From NCBI GenBank assembly GCA_020346825.1, contig CP070791.1, forward strand, positions 920,463-961,489: DNA of 41,027 nt, in the 5' to 3' direction. Below are positions 1 through 10,457 of the stretch, one piece after another (position 1 is the stretch's first letter; every line of letters begins with the position of its first letter). The notes under the pieces were generated by a model. The model had not been told where the DNA came from. It saw only the letters and a list, made by a program, of their open reading frames with translations, and searched no databases. The DNA is from Candidatus Bathyarchaeota archaeon. GTDB taxonomy: Archaea > Thermoproteota > Bathyarchaeia > Bathyarchaeales > Bathyarchaeaceae. The translations under genes and the position numbers were made by a program.

Positions 1-1451
1 TTCTTCCGTCGGTGCTCATGATGCAGGAAATTTCGTATCCAACGGGAAACTCCTTGGCGGCTCACGTCTTCCATGGGCATGCGGGCAATCCTCGTAATAG
101 CTAGAATCAGTTTCATAACCAAATCATCATCAACGGTGGTGAGGGCCAAAGTAATCTCGCTATCTCTGAAGTTGTATAGAGCCAGCTCCGTATAGGTCAA
201 CTCGGACAAAGGTTTCTCAAGTTCAATTTTTTCTAGTCCTACCACAGCTTTACCAACTGCATTTAATGTTATGTTCCGATACTTCTGGCTGAAAGCGTAA
301 ATCTGGATAGCTCGGTTGAAGAAAAATTTGTAGAGGTCGATGTGAACCCCATATTTAAGTAGACACACTCTTCTTCCAAGCTCGATGGGAACCTGGCTTC
401 TCTTCAAACCAAAATGATTCAGAGCCCTATGGTATAGATATCGCAGATCGAAATCGTCTCCGTTGAAAGTGAGGACGAAGGGATAATCCCAAAGTGCTCC
501 AAAAATTTTATGAATCAACTTCTCCTCGGAATCGTAGTATTCAACGTTGACGTCGGAGGGCAAATTTTCCATGCCTTCCTTGACGCCTTCACGCTTCAAA
601 ATCAAAATCTCCTTCTCACCATCAGATCCAAGCAACGTTGCACACACAACTTGGTATGCGGCCTCCCGAGGATCAGGAACACGAGTTGGAATGGGCGAGG
701 CAACTTCGATGTCGAGGGCAACCCTGCGAAAGTTGGGAGCTGGATACTCTAGAAGGCGTGCCCACATTTCTACTCGCTGCACGAATTCTTCTGATTCATC
801 TCGAAAGAGTTCAAGAATCTTCCTGACAGTATCTTCGGATGGTTCATTTCTCGCTCTAACAAGATTGCCTTTCTCAATTTTATATATCATCCCTGGAGCT
901 AGACCGTTGTCGTAAATGTAGGATTGATAATACCTGATGAAAGCTTCCCAAACTTTTGCCGATTGATCTAGGCCGGTAATCTTTGCGTATTCTTCTGGTA
1001 TGATGTCTCTGATGCAACCGGTTGGACGGCCACCTACCGCCAAGGGGTCTTTAGCGACAACCTTTGTTATGGTCTTCTGCCGATCTGAGAGAGGGTCGTA
1101 CTTCTCCATGGATTCAAAGTGATCAAAACCGGGATGCGCCACTAGGCGACTGATCTTTTTGAGTTCACTCGTTGAAAGATCTGTGAAACAATACGGCTTG
1201 TGACCAGTCGTATCATACCAGAAATGGATTTTCCCGGATTCTGGCTCATACAACTTTAGGGCAGCGCACCCTTTTCTGCCGTCATATGTAGCAGATACGA
1301 AATATGAAGGGGGCAGTTCATGAGGATTTTCGGATTGAAAAACAATACTCTTACTCGCTTTGAGAGGCTTTTCAATGGAGAGGGATTCTTCTGTCTTCTT
1401 TCCTACCTTAGCAGCGTCTTTGAAGAAGTCATCCAAACTCCTTTTCATCAT
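1..1451 (-). CDS. polB1: Family B DNA polymerase (crenarchaeal/TACK PolB1 type), N-terminal and 3'-5' exonuclease part; runs off the window start
   Basis: Hand translation (absent from the ORF track): MMKRSLDDFF...ALKLYEPESGKIHFWYDTTGHKPYCFTD; ExoI VALDIEV, ExoII VLTFNGDDFDLRYL, ExoIII LYNFRD. Confidence 0.93.
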   Translation of the reverse strand, partial: MMKRSLDDFFKDAAKVGKKTEESLSIEKPLKASKSIVFQSENPHELPPSYFVSATYDGRKGCAALKLYEPESGKIHFWYDTTGHKPYCFTDLSTSELKKISRLVAHPGFDHFESMEKYDPLSDRQKTITKVVAKDPLAVGGRPTGCIRDIIPEEYAKITGLDQSAKVWEAFIRYYQSYIYDNGLAPGMIYKIEKGNLVRARNEPSEDTVRKILELFRDESEEFVQRVEMWARLLEYPAPNFRRVALDIEVASPIPTRVPDPREAAYQVVCATLLGSDGEKEILILKREGVKEGMENLPSDVNVEYYDSEEKLIHKIFGALWDYPFVLTFNGDDFDLRYLYHRALNHFGLKRSQVPIELGRRVCLLKYGVHIDLYKFFFNRAIQIYAFSQKYRNITLNAVGKAVVGLEKIELEKPLSELTYTELALYNFRDSEITLALTTVDDDLVMKLILAITRIARMPMEDVSRQGVSRWIRNFLHHEHRRK

Positions 1452-1601
1452 CTTCCTTCTTATCCGTTAGAAGGATACGTTCCAATCCCTTTAAAGAATA
1501 CTCTTAGAGTTGAAATCTGCTTTTCTCAACATGCTGTAGAAGGAATGCAGCCATCAAGCTTTTATTAAACGCGCAATTCAGACTCTAGCACGAGGGTAAG
1601 G

Positions 1602-2939
1602 TTGCTACGAGAAGCTTGGACACTTGCCATTGAAACGTTGAGCTGGATTGAATTGCAGCGAATGGGCGAGCGCCTAGCGTTGGCTAGGGCAGCGTCACAG
1701 CTGGAAATATTCGATTCTAAGGCTATTGGCTTAGCTCATAGAATGGTGTCTGAAACTCTTCGAAGAAAGAACTTCATCGACTTTCTCTTAAACTCGGCAT
1801 TAGCACCTAGGTCCCTCAGCGATTTCAAGCTTGGTCCACAGGCCTTCCTTCGATTATTCCTGTATGAAGCAAAAATAGTGGATAGCGATTTTGAGAAGGC
1901 TGTGAATATAGTCAGAATGGGGCGTTCAATTTTGGGATGGCAGGAACTTCAAGAGGTAGAAGAGGTTCTTGGCGGGATTTTGAGTATCCAACTTGGCTCT
2001 GTTCTGAAGGGAATAGACGATTTAAGGAAAGTGGGGCTCTTAACCTACCATCCCACATGGTTTGTGAAGTACTGTTTCAGATTATTTGGAAGAAAAGATG
2101 CCCTCACATTCTTGGAGAATGCAGCAGAGATTCCACCAACCTATGTACGGATAAACACTTTGAGAGCGTCAGAAGAAAAGTTGCTCAAAAAAATAGAGGA
2201 CGATAAGATTGTTCTTGAAAAGGTGCAACAACTCAAGCATACCTATAGGGTAGTTGAAAGCAAGATCCCCCTCGTCAGAACACAAAGCTTCCGCAAAGGG
2301 CTCTTCTACATTCAAGACAAAGCCAGTTGCCTAGCTGCAGAAATCGAAGACCCAGAAGCAGGAACGACGGTGCTCGACGTTTGTGCCGCTCCAGGAGCAA
2401 AAACAAGCTATTTGGCTCAGTTGATGGAAAACGATGGTACAATATATTCTGTTGACTATTCAAAGCGAAGGATGATGGTTTGGAAAGAGGAGATTAGACG
2501 TATGGGCGTCAAGATAGCATCACCGATCATTGCCAACGCACGGAAACCTTTACCACTGAACCTTTCCGCGGATCTAGTGATCTTGGATCCACCCTGCTCA
2601 AGCACAGGCACGTTCAGCAAGACGCCCTCCGCCAAATGGAGACTAACAAAGAGATCGATACTAGGAATGGCGAAAGTTCAGTGGGAGATTCTACACCAAT
2701 GCGCGGACTACACAAAAGAGGGAGGCTTTCTAGTCTATTCCACATGCAGCATAACTACCGAAGAAAACGAAACGTTGATTGGAAAATTCTTGAAGTGGCA
2801 CCCAGACTTCAAAATGGTAGAGACCTCGCCAAAAATAGGCTTACCTGGACTACACGGGCAGATTAAAAGTCAGAGGCTCTACCCACATCTCCATAACTGC
2901 AACGGATTCTTCATTACAAAACTTCAAAAAGAAACCTGA
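1602..2939 (+). CDS. RsmB/NOP2/Fmu family RNA m5C methyltransferase with NusB-like N-terminal region
   Basis: Motifs YVRINTL, DVCAAPGAKT, DPPCS, YSTCS, GFF. Confidence 0.92.
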   Translation: MLREAWTLAIETLSWIELQRMGERLALARAASQLEIFDSKAIGLAHRMVSETLRRKNFIDFLLNSALAPRSLSDFKLGPQAFLRLFLYEAKIVDSDFEKAVNIVRMGRSILGWQELQEVEEVLGGILSIQLGSVLKGIDDLRKVGLLTYHPTWFVKYCFRLFGRKDALTFLENAAEIPPTYVRINTLRASEEKLLKKIEDDKIVLEKVQQLKHTYRVVESKIPLVRTQSFRKGLFYIQDKASCLAAEIEDPEAGTTVLDVCAAPGAKTSYLAQLMENDGTIYSVDYSKRRMMVWKEEIRRMGVKIASPIIANARKPLPLNLSADLVILDPPCSSTGTFSKTPSAKWRLTKRSILGMAKVQWEILHQCADYTKEGGFLVYSTCSITTEENETLIGKFLKWHPDFKMVETSPKIGLPGLHGQIKSQRLYPHLHNCNGFFITKLQKET

Positions 2940-2996
2940 ATAACAACAAAATCCTATGCCAAATGCACACTCAGCAAAGTTCCCAAATGCACGTAG

Positions 2997-3890
2997 CTAG
3001 CCTAACTCTATGCTCTCTTCTATGTGGCACATCACCTCAAAGATTGTTTTGGCGGCTTGGATAGCAGTTGTGCCCGCATCATAGTGAGGCGCAATCTCCA
3101 CCAGATCGAAGGCAACCATCCGAGGACTACAGGTCTTGCATAGAAGCTCTAGAAACATTTGCACGTCCAGTCCGTCAGGCTCAGGATTTTGAACTGCAGG
3201 TGCAAAAGCCGGGTCAAGGACATCCATATCAATGGTTAGATAGATTTTTCCACAGTCATCAAGTATTCCACGAATCTTTCTGACTGTTTCTTTGATGCCA
3301 TCCTTTCTGATTTGCTGAACCGTCAGAAACTCGATTTTAGATTTCTTTGCGTAGTCAAGTTCTTCCTTGCACACTGCTCGAGTGCCAATCTCTAAAATCT
3401 TGTGAGGTTTGACCTGTTCATTGATTCTCCGCATGAAGGTTGTGTGGGAGGTGATCGTGCCCATGTATTCATTGCGCAGGTCCAGATGGGCGTCGAAACT
3501 TACCACGGTGACTTCTTCTTCAACGCTTCGCACAGCTCCCAAAGTTATGGTGTGTTCGCCTCCAAGGATTACTGGCATTTTCTTGGCATTCAAAATGTCC
3601 TTTGTAACCAACTCTAAACGGTTCAAGGTTTCATAGACCTCCCCAGCGATGTGAAGGTCTCCCAGGTCATGAATCTTCAGATCATCAACGTCCATTTTCC
3701 TCCTGAAACTGTAGGTTTCAATGTTAAGAGATGCTTCTCTTATTACATGTGGCGCAAATCTGGCTCCAGAACGATACGTGCTCGTTGCGTCCAAGGAAGC
3801 CCCCAAAACCACGTACTTGGCTTCTTCGAAGGTTCTCTGGGTGCCAGCGAAAGTCAGAGACGGAGAAACGAAAAGCTCACGATAACTCAT
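2997..3890 (-). CDS. speB: Agmatinase (ureohydrolase family)
   Basis: GGEHTIT, DAHLD, DMDVLDPAFAP metal-binding motifs. Confidence 0.92.
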   Translation of the reverse strand: MSYRELFVSPSLTFAGTQRTFEEAKYVVLGASLDATSTYRSGARFAPHVIREASLNIETYSFRRKMDVDDLKIHDLGDLHIAGEVYETLNRLELVTKDILNAKKMPVILGGEHTITLGAVRSVEEEVTVVSFDAHLDLRNEYMGTITSHTTFMRRINEQVKPHKILEIGTRAVCKEELDYAKKSKIEFLTVQQIRKDGIKETVRKIRGILDDCGKIYLTIDMDVLDPAFAPAVQNPEPDGLDVQMFLELLCKTCSPRMVAFDLVEIAPHYDAGTTAIQAAKTIFEVMCHIEESIELG

Positions 3891-4015
3891 GCCAAATCAA
3901 CCCTCGCAGAACTCTGTCTATGAAAAACATTAGAAGTAGATGGGTATTTAGCGTTAACGTGGTTTTAGAGGGCACGCGCGCATCTCAGATAAGAAGTACT
4001 AGCGAATGAGTTCTT

Positions 4016-4246
4016 TCATGGAATAAGCAGCACCTGTGCAGACTTTTGACTTCTGCCGCTTCTTCTTTGATGTTTGATTTCTTCTTTGAGGCTTTCTATT
4101 TCCTTTCTTAGATTAATTACTTCGAAGAGGAGAAACATGTTGCCATGTCTGACGAAGTTGTCTACTTTCTCGCGAATGGTTTGTTTATTGATTTTGTCTC
4201 CGACCTTTCCGGAAATTTCTTTTGAAAGGATTTCTTTCGGATCCAT
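4016..4246 (-). CDS. Small hypothetical protein with C-terminal coiled coil
   Basis: 76-aa ATG ORF filling the gap; heptad-like LRKEIESLKEEIK. Confidence 0.6.
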   Translation of the reverse strand: MDPKEILSKEISGKVGDKINKQTIREKVDNFVRHGNMFLLFEVINLRKEIESLKEEIKHQRRSGRSQKSAQVLLIP

Positions 4247-4458
4247 CTTGATCAGAATCAGGTCATTCTATCATATAATAACCATTATGAACACAAGATT
4301 ATTATTCTAAATACTTGTCAAGCAGAGAGCAACGCTGGAGCGTCCAGACACAATTTTATCCTGTCGTCTTTGCGGTGCTTACATAAATGCTTGTAACGGT
4401 TTCGAGGAAAACTAATTTATTGCTTGGCGCATTATAGCGGTAGTGCAAGGAATGAAGG

Positions 4459-4833
4459 ATGCCTCTGAAATTGAGACTCAAGATTGATAATCCGATAGTG
4501 TTTTTGTTCTCGCTCTTCTACATTATTGTTGGAGCGGTTGAGCTTTTCTACACAGCAATTGAGAGCTTCGCTGCGCCTCCACACATTGGAGTCCTAGGCT
4601 TGCTAAGTCTAATCACAGCCTACGGCCTTGTTAGAATGAGAAAATGGTCAGTGCTATTTGCAGTCGCCCTCTTCTTTCTAGGTATAACGTTTAGCGCAAC
4701 CACCCTATACAACTCCATTATAATGCAAACCTTTGAGGGTGCGCCACTATTCCACGCAGCATTAATTGTATACATGGTCGTATTATTCATGGCCTTTGTG
4801 TATGTAGTGATGAAAAGGGGAGAATTCGAATAG
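4459..4833 (+). CDS. Hypothetical membrane protein (about 4 TM helices)
   Basis: Four hydrophobic segments; TATA-like TTTATT upstream. Confidence 0.75.
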   Translation: MPLKLRLKIDNPIVFLFSLFYIIVGAVELFYTAIESFAAPPHIGVLGLLSLITAYGLVRMRKWSVLFAVALFFLGITFSATTLYNSIIMQTFEGAPLFHAALIVYMVVLFMAFVYVVMKRGEFE

Positions 4834-4981
4834 AAGCCGAAAAAAAATCTTGGTGAGAAGCAAAAGTTCACACAATTAAATAACAACTTATCGAAGCTTT
4901 GTTTCCCACATTGTTACGTGCGTTTGAACGCATGCACGCCCCAAAAAAGTAGATTGTTCAGAACAGTCCAAACTTGTGTTT

Positions 4982-6223
4982 CTACCTGTTTCTTGAGAAC
5001 AGATGAACGTCTATTTCCGTCCCGATGTCGATAAATTGCTGCTTTTCATGTATTTCAACGAAGCCATCAGCTCTTGCCAGTGTTGTTATAGCACCAGATA
5101 GACCCAAGGGAACAGGTGAAGCGAAGGGCTTACCCGCTTTGTCATAAGTTAGACTTACCATAACAAAAGTTCGGCGCCCTCTGGCTGAAAACATTTTCGT
5201 TGCCGCCACCGCATTGAGCACGGGTGGAGTCTCTTCGGTTCGTCCAGCAATTTTACAGACTATGGGACGAACAAATATGTGAAACATGAAAAGAGAAGAT
5301 GTCGGGTGGCCTGGCAGTGAGAAAACGAGTTTTCCATCAACAACGGCGATGGTAGTAGGTTTTCCCGGCTTCACGGCTATTCCAGATATGATTACACCCG
5401 GCTTTCCCAGGGAGTCCACTACTTGAGGAATCAAATCTTTGGGACCAACTGAAACTCCACCTGAAGTTATGACTACATCCGCTAGGTTCAACGCTCTCTT
5501 AACCGCCGCTTTCAGTTGATCCTTGTTGTCAGGAACAATTCCCATATTGATTGACTCTCCACCACATTCTAGAACCGCTGCGCCTAGGGCATGAGCATTG
5601 ATATCGTACACTTTTCCAGTTGGAAGAGGTTGTCCTGGTTCCACAACTTCTGCGCCCGTAGAGAGAACAGCCACTCTTGGACGTTTATAAACATCAACTT
5701 CTGTCACACCAAGAGCAGCTAAAACACCTATCCTACGCGAAGACAAACTTTGATGTTTTTTCAGGATTTTTTGACCCCTGCGAATATCAGAACCCGCTTC
5801 CATCAAATTCTCTTTCTTTGAAACAGGGCGGTGCAGGAAAACATTTTCGTCACTTCGAGTTGAGTATTCCACCATAACCACAGCGTCAGCGCCCTTGGGC
5901 AAGGGTGCCCCCGTGGCTATCTCAGCAGCCATCCCGTTTTCCACAAATGTGTTGGGAGATTCGCCTACAGAAACTTGGCCGCAAAATTTGAGAACAACAG
6001 GTTTGTCTTCATCAGCGCCAAAGGTGTCGCCAGCCCTCACGGCATAGCCGTCTACCGTCGATCGGTCAAAGGGAGGAACATCCATTGGCGACGTCATGTC
6101 CTCACTCAAGATTCGACCAAGCGCTCTTATCAAAGGGACCCGTTCCACTCCAACGGGTTTGGGAGAAAAGTTTTGTTTGAGAATTTGTCTGGCTTTGTCC
6201 AAAGGAATTAGCTTTCTAAACAT
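4982..6223 (-). CDS. moeA: Molybdopterin molybdotransferase MoeA (paralog 2)
   Basis: PPFDRSTVDGYA, TGAPLPKGADAVVMVE, SGGVSVG, VKPGKP, LPGHP. Confidence 0.93.
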   Translation of the reverse strand: MFRKLIPLDKARQILKQNFSPKPVGVERVPLIRALGRILSEDMTSPMDVPPFDRSTVDGYAVRAGDTFGADEDKPVVLKFCGQVSVGESPNTFVENGMAAEIATGAPLPKGADAVVMVEYSTRSDENVFLHRPVSKKENLMEAGSDIRRGQKILKKHQSLSSRRIGVLAALGVTEVDVYKRPRVAVLSTGAEVVEPGQPLPTGKVYDINAHALGAAVLECGGESINMGIVPDNKDQLKAAVKRALNLADVVITSGGVSVGPKDLIPQVVDSLGKPGVIISGIAVKPGKPTTIAVVDGKLVFSLPGHPTSSLFMFHIFVRPIVCKIAGRTEETPPVLNAVAATKMFSARGRRTFVMVSLTYDKAGKPFASPVPLGLSGAITTLARADGFVEIHEKQQFIDIGTEIDVHLFSRNR

Positions 6224-7460
6224 GTTTAGTCCCTTCTATACTGTCGAAAAGATGCACAGTAACGGATTCGCCTTCATCCAATCCCTCTCGGTTTTCAGGA
6301 ATCTCCACATATCCATTCGCTCTTGTCATAGTTGAAAAGATGGCTGATCCTCTTATTCGAACAGGCTCACCGAAAAATTCGCCGTTTCGTTCAAAAACGC
6401 GAACACGAAGAAAAATTCGCCGTCCCAAAGCCGACGCAACTCTCCGGGTTAGTCTCGCCTTAAGTGTTGGTCTAGGCTCCCACTCAACTCCCAGCAACTT
6501 GAGAAGGAAAGGTCGAACGAAAACCTCAAAGCCAATCATTGCTGCCACAGGGTTCCCAGGCAATATGAAAACTGGTTTGCCTTGAGTTACTGCCAGTGCC
6601 GTTGGCATTCCAGGTCGCATGGCTACACCATGCACGATTACTCCTGGGGGTCCAATTTGATTGACCACCATAGGAACCAGATCCGGGTTACCAACACTTG
6701 TTCCTCCAGTGGTAACAACTAAATCTGCCCGTTCTAGCCCTTCTCGGATTCTGGTGCCAATTTCCTTTAGATCATCTCTTGATATGCCTAGGTCTAATGG
6801 CTCAGCACCTACCTCTTGACACATACTAGAAAGGATTAGTCGGTTTGTTTCCACTATTTGGTAGGGTTTGAGTTTGTGACCTAACTCAACAAGTTCATTT
6901 CCTGTAGACAAAATAGCAACCTTAGGCTTTGACACAACATCAACATCGGTCGCTCCTAACGCTGCCAACAACCCTAAATGATGGGGCTTCAATCTTGTCC
7001 TTGCTTCTACTGCAACCTCTCCTTTTTGCACGTCTTCTCCTTTTTTGGAAACATTTCTGCCAGGAGTAATAGCGATTCCTACCTCAAGCCGGTTCTTAGT
7101 CTTTCTCGTGTGTTCTAGCATGACTACAGCGTCAGCGCCTCTGGGAAGAGAGTTTCCAGTCCATATCTGTTTCGCCTCACCTTCATGGATTTCTTCATCT
7201 TCAGTCAGTTTCAGAGTCTTTGGGTTGAATTGAGATGCTTCAAAGGTGTTTTGCGCCTTCAAGGCGTAACCATCTACAGCTGAGCGATCAAAAGGTGGCA
7301 GGTCATTTCCAGCTAGGATCTTTTCTGCTGTCACTCGTCTTAAACTCATGCGAGTTGGGATTCGTTCACTCTTCAGACTTTCTTTTTCAAGTTTTTCGAT
7401 AAAGGCAGAGAATGCTTCGTCGATGTTTGTGAGTTTTTCGAATCCTTTGAGTCGCGCCAA
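6216..7460 (-). CDS. moeA: Molybdopterin molybdotransferase MoeA (paralog 1)
   Basis: PPFDRSAVDGYA, GADAVVMLE, STGNEL, TGGTSVG, MRPGMP, LPGNP; overlaps the next moeA. Confidence 0.93.
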   Translation of the reverse strand: MARLKGFEKLTNIDEAFSAFIEKLEKESLKSERIPTRMSLRRVTAEKILAGNDLPPFDRSAVDGYALKAQNTFEASQFNPKTLKLTEDEEIHEGEAKQIWTGNSLPRGADAVVMLEHTRKTKNRLEVGIAITPGRNVSKKGEDVQKGEVAVEARTRLKPHHLGLLAALGATDVDVVSKPKVAILSTGNELVELGHKLKPYQIVETNRLILSSMCQEVGAEPLDLGISRDDLKEIGTRIREGLERADLVVTTGGTSVGNPDLVPMVVNQIGPPGVIVHGVAMRPGMPTALAVTQGKPVFILPGNPVAAMIGFEVFVRPFLLKLLGVEWEPRPTLKARLTRRVASALGRRIFLRVRVFERNGEFFGEPVRIRGSAIFSTMTRANGYVEIPENREGLDEGESVTVHLFDSIEGTKHV

Positions 7461-7617
7461 AGTTCAGTCCCAGAGAGAGCAAGATAGTTTGAGTAGAAAA
7501 AGTTATCGCAACAGGTGCACACGCAAGTTCAAAATCTTTTCAAGGGAATTTTTGCCATAAAATCAGGGTGAAAAACCACCACTTGTGGACTTGTTCAATT
7601 CGCAGCAGGCACAGTGT

Positions 7618-8523
7618 TCATCTTGGTTTGTGGGTGCGATGTGTGCGAGAAGTATATTCTCCATACCCCAGGGCAACAATCGCAGAAATCCACGCAGCAG
7701 CGTTTTGACAAAGAGTGTATTTCCCAACGAGATCAAGATTGGTTAGAGATTCAGTTGCAGGTGTTACGAATCCTTCAATAATGGTTCTGAAGCCCGGCGC
7801 TATAGCACTTAGTGCCCTGTCAATGGTTGATGCCAACCATCCTATTGGAAAAAAAACTTGCGCAAATCCTTGCGCCATCTCGATTGTTTTCAACACAAAC
7901 CCGTGGAAAACTGGATTTGCGTCGTACAGTCCAGTAGCTAGATCGTGAAGAAAACTCGGATGCACTAGGGAATACGAAGAAAGAACCGAAACGAGAAAGA
8001 CTGTTAAAACGGTTGCAGTGCTTTTGACAGCAGCTCTAGCGAAAAAAGGCCGTTTCCGTGCAGACGAAACTCTGCGGCTTCGGGGAAAAACGTCGCCTAT
8101 TCGACGGAAAAAAGCTTTAGAAGCACGACCAACCCTTCCAAGTTTTCGCCATATCTTCGTGAGAAAGTTTCTGAACTGACCAAAACGCGTTTTTCGTGGC
8201 CTTCGGATGCGTCTTCTATGTCTCTCTAGCGGTTTCTTGGAGGGCAACATTCTACGAGGCATCATACCCACGCATTTTGTAAGATACATCCAACTTGAGA
8301 GGAGAACAAACATCACACCTAAGGGCATTAGGTGAAAGAGAGGGCTGATGCTTGTATTGAAAAAATTGAAGGTAAAGTTATCTGTTAAGCCAGAGAATGA
8401 GAAAAAACAAACCATAAGATACTCAAAGAAGGCTGCTATGGCAAAAAACAGTAGTATTGCAACAAAACTTTTAGTAGCAGTCCACCTGAAAATCAAGCGT
8501 TTCCTCCGATTCTCAGAAGCCAC
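7618..8523 (-). CDS. Hypothetical membrane protein with long Arg/Lys-rich loop
   Basis: 301-aa ORF; hydrophobic segments flank a very basic region of about 80 aa. Confidence 0.7.
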   Translation of the reverse strand: MASENRRKRLIFRWTATKSFVAILLFFAIAAFFEYLMVCFFSFSGLTDNFTFNFFNTSISPLFHLMPLGVMFVLLSSWMYLTKCVGMMPRRMLPSKKPLERHRRRIRRPRKTRFGQFRNFLTKIWRKLGRVGRASKAFFRRIGDVFPRSRRVSSARKRPFFARAAVKSTATVLTVFLVSVLSSYSLVHPSFLHDLATGLYDANPVFHGFVLKTIEMAQGFAQVFFPIGWLASTIDRALSAIAPGFRTIIEGFVTPATESLTNLDLVGKYTLCQNAAAWISAIVALGYGEYTSRTHRTHKPR

Positions 8524-8827
8524 GATATCTCACTCCACAGCAATCCCCAGTTCTCTACATGACCGCTTAATCACGCACCATACGTAGGATTGTAATCCGC
8601 TTATTAATGTTAACTCGCTTCACTTTGGTTCATTCTTGATGCTTAGCGCGCGCTGGTAGATGATTTACTTAATATTGGTCTCTTCTCCCCAAAACAACAT
8701 TAAATTCTTGGTCTTCTAGAAATATTGGAATCTTATACATAATTCTGTAGATTGTGAAAAACATTTATTCATGATTCTGAAAGTTTATAATCTTGCTAAT
8801 GCAAATAAGGCTATAACAGGGCTTAAA

Positions 8828-9817
8828 TTGTCTAAGAAGAGCAAGAACCATCACGATAGGATTCGATTATACAAAGACCGTAACGTGCAATTGCTTATCA
8901 GCAAATTCGTGAGCGGTGAGCTCAGCAAACTAAACCCAGTTTATGATTCCAAGCACGGTTATAGATATCCAGTTGTTGACGCAATAGTGGGTGAACCCTC
9001 TAGCACCGACAGTTTTTTGCTGAATCTTTTTGAGGCTGGAGTTCTAAAGAGGGAGCTTTACGATAAGATCGTTTATTGCCCGTCATGTAACACAGCGAAT
9101 GTTTCTATGCATTATTGCTGCCCCCACTGCAAATCCTTCAACATTAGAAAGAGCGCATTGATCGAACACATAAAATGTGGGTACATTGACACCGAGGAAC
9201 ATTTTCGGAAAAACGACAAGCTTGTTTGTCCAAAATGCCAGAAAGAGTTGACTAAACCTGGCACGGACTACTATAAGGCTGGAGTGTGGTGCACCTGTAA
9301 TGAATGTGGGAAAAGTTTTGACATCCCGGTTCCAGCCCATTTTTGTCGTGAATGTCGCCAAGATTTTGCGTTTGAGGAATCCATTTACAAAGACGCATAC
9401 TCCTACAGTCTGACCTCTGAAGCCATGAAAGAGGCGACCTTGGGCTGGATTCTAATCACTCCAATAAGAGATTTCTTAGAAGGCCACGGATTTGAAGTGG
9501 AGAGCCCCGGGTTCTTAAAAGGAAAATCTGGTGCTAGCCACATGTTTGACATAACTGCTTCTCCCCTAGGGGTTGAACGAAACATCACCGTTATCGACCT
9601 AGCCACCTCAACTGATGATGTAATCTCTGAACAGGCAGTCATTGCCATGTTCGCTAAAACCTATGATGTTGGTCCTGACAAGGCATGCTTGGTTGCGATT
9701 CCAAAAATAAGTGCAAACGGCAAGAAGTTGGCGAGCCTTTACAACATAGTGTTGGTTGAGGCTAAGGACCAGAGAGATGTAATAAAAGCACTTGAGAAGA
9801 AATGCTTGAAGGAATAA
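8828..9817 (+). CDS. TackOD1-like multi-CxxC metal-binding protein with C-terminal degenerate Mrr/PD-(D/E)xK-like domain
   Basis: CPSC, CPHC, HIKC, CPKC, CNEC, CREC pairs; YRYP motif; C-terminal GFEVESPGFLKGKSGASHMFDI; start placed at TTG 8828 (ORF track starts at 8771). Confidence 0.75.
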   Translation: MSKKSKNHHDRIRLYKDRNVQLLISKFVSGELSKLNPVYDSKHGYRYPVVDAIVGEPSSTDSFLLNLFEAGVLKRELYDKIVYCPSCNTANVSMHYCCPHCKSFNIRKSALIEHIKCGYIDTEEHFRKNDKLVCPKCQKELTKPGTDYYKAGVWCTCNECGKSFDIPVPAHFCRECRQDFAFEESIYKDAYSYSLTSEAMKEATLGWILITPIRDFLEGHGFEVESPGFLKGKSGASHMFDITASPLGVERNITVIDLATSTDDVISEQAVIAMFAKTYDVGPDKACLVAIPKISANGKKLASLYNIVLVEAKDQRDVIKALEKKCLKE

Positions 9818-10045
9818 ACTATGTTCTCGAAGGGATTGGGGTGTCTCTTCGCTCTTTTGCACCCTTAATCGTAAACTAGCCTTCAAAAATGATCTGTTAG
9901 TACAAACCTATGTGTTGGTTTCTGTTGAATATACAAAAAAGTTTCGCCATCTGACTGATGCTTCGTTGAATCAATTACTCCAAGAAGAACGCAGATGCGA
10001 GGTTATTATATCTTCTTTTCCTTCCGATCAAATCTGCGCGTGCTT

Positions 10046-10456
10046 TCAAGATGGAGCTGTGTAGTAGTCCACACCTTTAGTTCCCCTGCTGGTTACAACC
10101 TTGACGAGACATACAGAACCTGAAGTCCAAGGGTAAGTAACATTCAACCAGTCATGCTTGTCTTCTTCTAACTCTGTAGTCGTGAATGATTGGGAAGTGT
10201 GATTTACGTATACAGCGGCTATCTTCATTGAGACCTTGCCCACATTGCGGAGATAAATCGAGATTTGGTCAGTTGTGAACCAAACGTCCTCAATGATGAA
10301 GCGTTCACCCATCGTGTCGTGAAGATTATCTGTTATTACATAAGTGGCTGCTATTGCAATTGTCATGGCAGCCACTGCGATAACCATTAATAGGAGACTG
10401 CTTAGGACGGGGGTTATTGCCTTTCTGTCTCGCAATGGATTTCTCACTGTTTTCAC
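10046..10456 (-). CDS. Archaeal type IV pilin (class III signal peptide)
   Basis: RDRKA|ITPVLSSLLLMVIAVAA cleavage site followed by a hydrophobic helix; IYLRNVG and VKVVTSRG beta motifs. Confidence 0.85.
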   Translation of the reverse strand: MKTVRNPLRDRKAITPVLSSLLLMVIAVAAMTIAIAATYVITDNLHDTMGERFIIEDVWFTTDQISIYLRNVGKVSMKIAAVYVNHTSQSFTTTELEEDKHDWLNVTYPWTSGSVCLVKVVTSRGTKGVDYYTAPS

Positions 10457-10457
10457 C

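Noticed and set aside
510..1568. Several plus-strand ORFs of 62-122 aa
   Set aside because: Mostly antisense to polB1, with no recognisable motifs
9885..9960. Possible C/D box sRNA (ATGATC...CTGA)
   Set aside because: Box C deviates from RUGAUGA; no clear C'/D' boxes or terminal stem
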